Of a DNA stretch of 64,000 nt, positions 63,037 through 64,000 are shown piece by piece. The stretch covers positions 21,266,001 to 21,330,000 of the forward strand of contig NC_045704.1 of NCBI RefSeq assembly GCF_009834535.1, in the 5' to 3' direction. A model generated the notes under the pieces. That model was given only the letters and a program-made list of their open reading frames with translations, made no database searches and was not told where the DNA came from. How positions within the stretch are numbered: the first letter of the stretch is position 1; each line of letters begins with the position of its first letter. Both the position numbers and the translations under genes were made by a program. This stretch comes from Camelus ferus (taxonomy: Eukaryota).

Positions 63037-64000
63037 AAACCAGGAACATCAGCAGTGTGCATGGTTCTGTCCACCACAGCTATGCCAAAATGTGGTGCTC
63101 TGAGGGCATGTTACACCCTAAGTGTGTGCCAAAGAAACCAACATGTTTAGAGACATAAAATGGGATTTGGCATTAGAGAGAGGCAGAGGCAAAGATGCCA
63201 GTTCAACATTTACTTTGGATTTCTGGGCATGGTTGTGTACTAGATGACACTGCAGTAAAAGTGTGACCAAGACAGCATCAGGGCCGGCTTCATGGAACTC
63301 ACATTCCAAAAGGGAGAAAGACACATCTCCAGACAGCCCAGAGTGGTCAGGGCCAGGATGGGAGAATCTTGGTGTAAAAAGATTGGGACTGTCATGACAG
63401 AGGCCTAGGCCACAGTGGTCAGGGTGTGATCAGGGAAGCAGAGGGCAAAATAATAAGGGCTTTGATAACAAAGCACAGGCCAGAGTGATCAGGGCTCTGT
63501 TGAGGGAAACAGAGTGTGTGGGGCCCCAAAAGCAGAGTCTAACCCTTCCACCCCCTCCCCCCAGAGTCAGGAGGGCTTCCTGGAGGAAGGGAACTTTATA
63601 CTGAGACCTGAAGGATAAGTACGAATGAAGCCGGTGGCCAAAGGGAACCCCTATGCTGTTTGTGTGTCTTCATGCCATGGCATGTGCAGTCTAGGGGTCC
63701 CTGTGGTGCCTGAATGGTACCACGAGTGTGTCTGCATGTGCTGTAATCCCTCATTAGCTCCCGGAAGGGGATCCTAGTGGGATGGTTGTTTTCGGGGACT
63801 CCGCTTAATTGCTGCATTTACTTAATTGCAACATCTGGAGAAGGGGACAGAAGCAGCGGAAACAGCCACAGCAGGAAGAATGAGGTTAAACTGCCTGAGA
63901 GCTGAGGGAGCTGAGGGAGGAAGGGAACTGCTCATATCCACACACGGAATCTCCCTGAAAATATACATGCATACTCACACATGCACATCACATCCTCAGA

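Overview
Mammalian genomic DNA with exon-intron genes. It is probably camelid, inferred from two tRNA-derived SINEs of the camelid vic-1 type. Gene order matches human 19q13.12: CLIP3 (+, 13 coding exons, 546 aa), ALKBH6 (+, 238 aa), SYNE4/nesprin-4 (+, 393 aa), SDHAF1 (-, single exon) and LRFN3 (-, about 630 aa, with a 142-nt N gap in the CDS). I reconstructed the exons by hand from GT/AG boundaries and reading-frame continuity; protein identities come from recalled orthologue sequences, not a database search. The main discovery is a ~17.5 kb decayed unprocessed paralogue of FCGBP (IgGFc-binding protein) on the minus strand between SDHAF1 and LRFN3 (47225 to about 29745). It retains a TATA box, a Kozak ATG, an 18-codon signal-peptide exon, an IgGFc-binding N-terminal domain exon (now a CpG island), a mucin-like linker, VWD/C8/TIL modules, an FCGBP-type terminal VWD and a polyA signal next to the SDHAF1 promoter, all broken by stops and frameshifts. 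Second, SDHAF1 has an apparent +1 frameshift that truncates it to 95 aa while the orthologous C-terminus survives in the neighbouring frame. The rest is L2, MIR, L1, MaLR and DNA-transposon remnants, microsatellites and several degenerate, strand-asymmetric intronic repeats.
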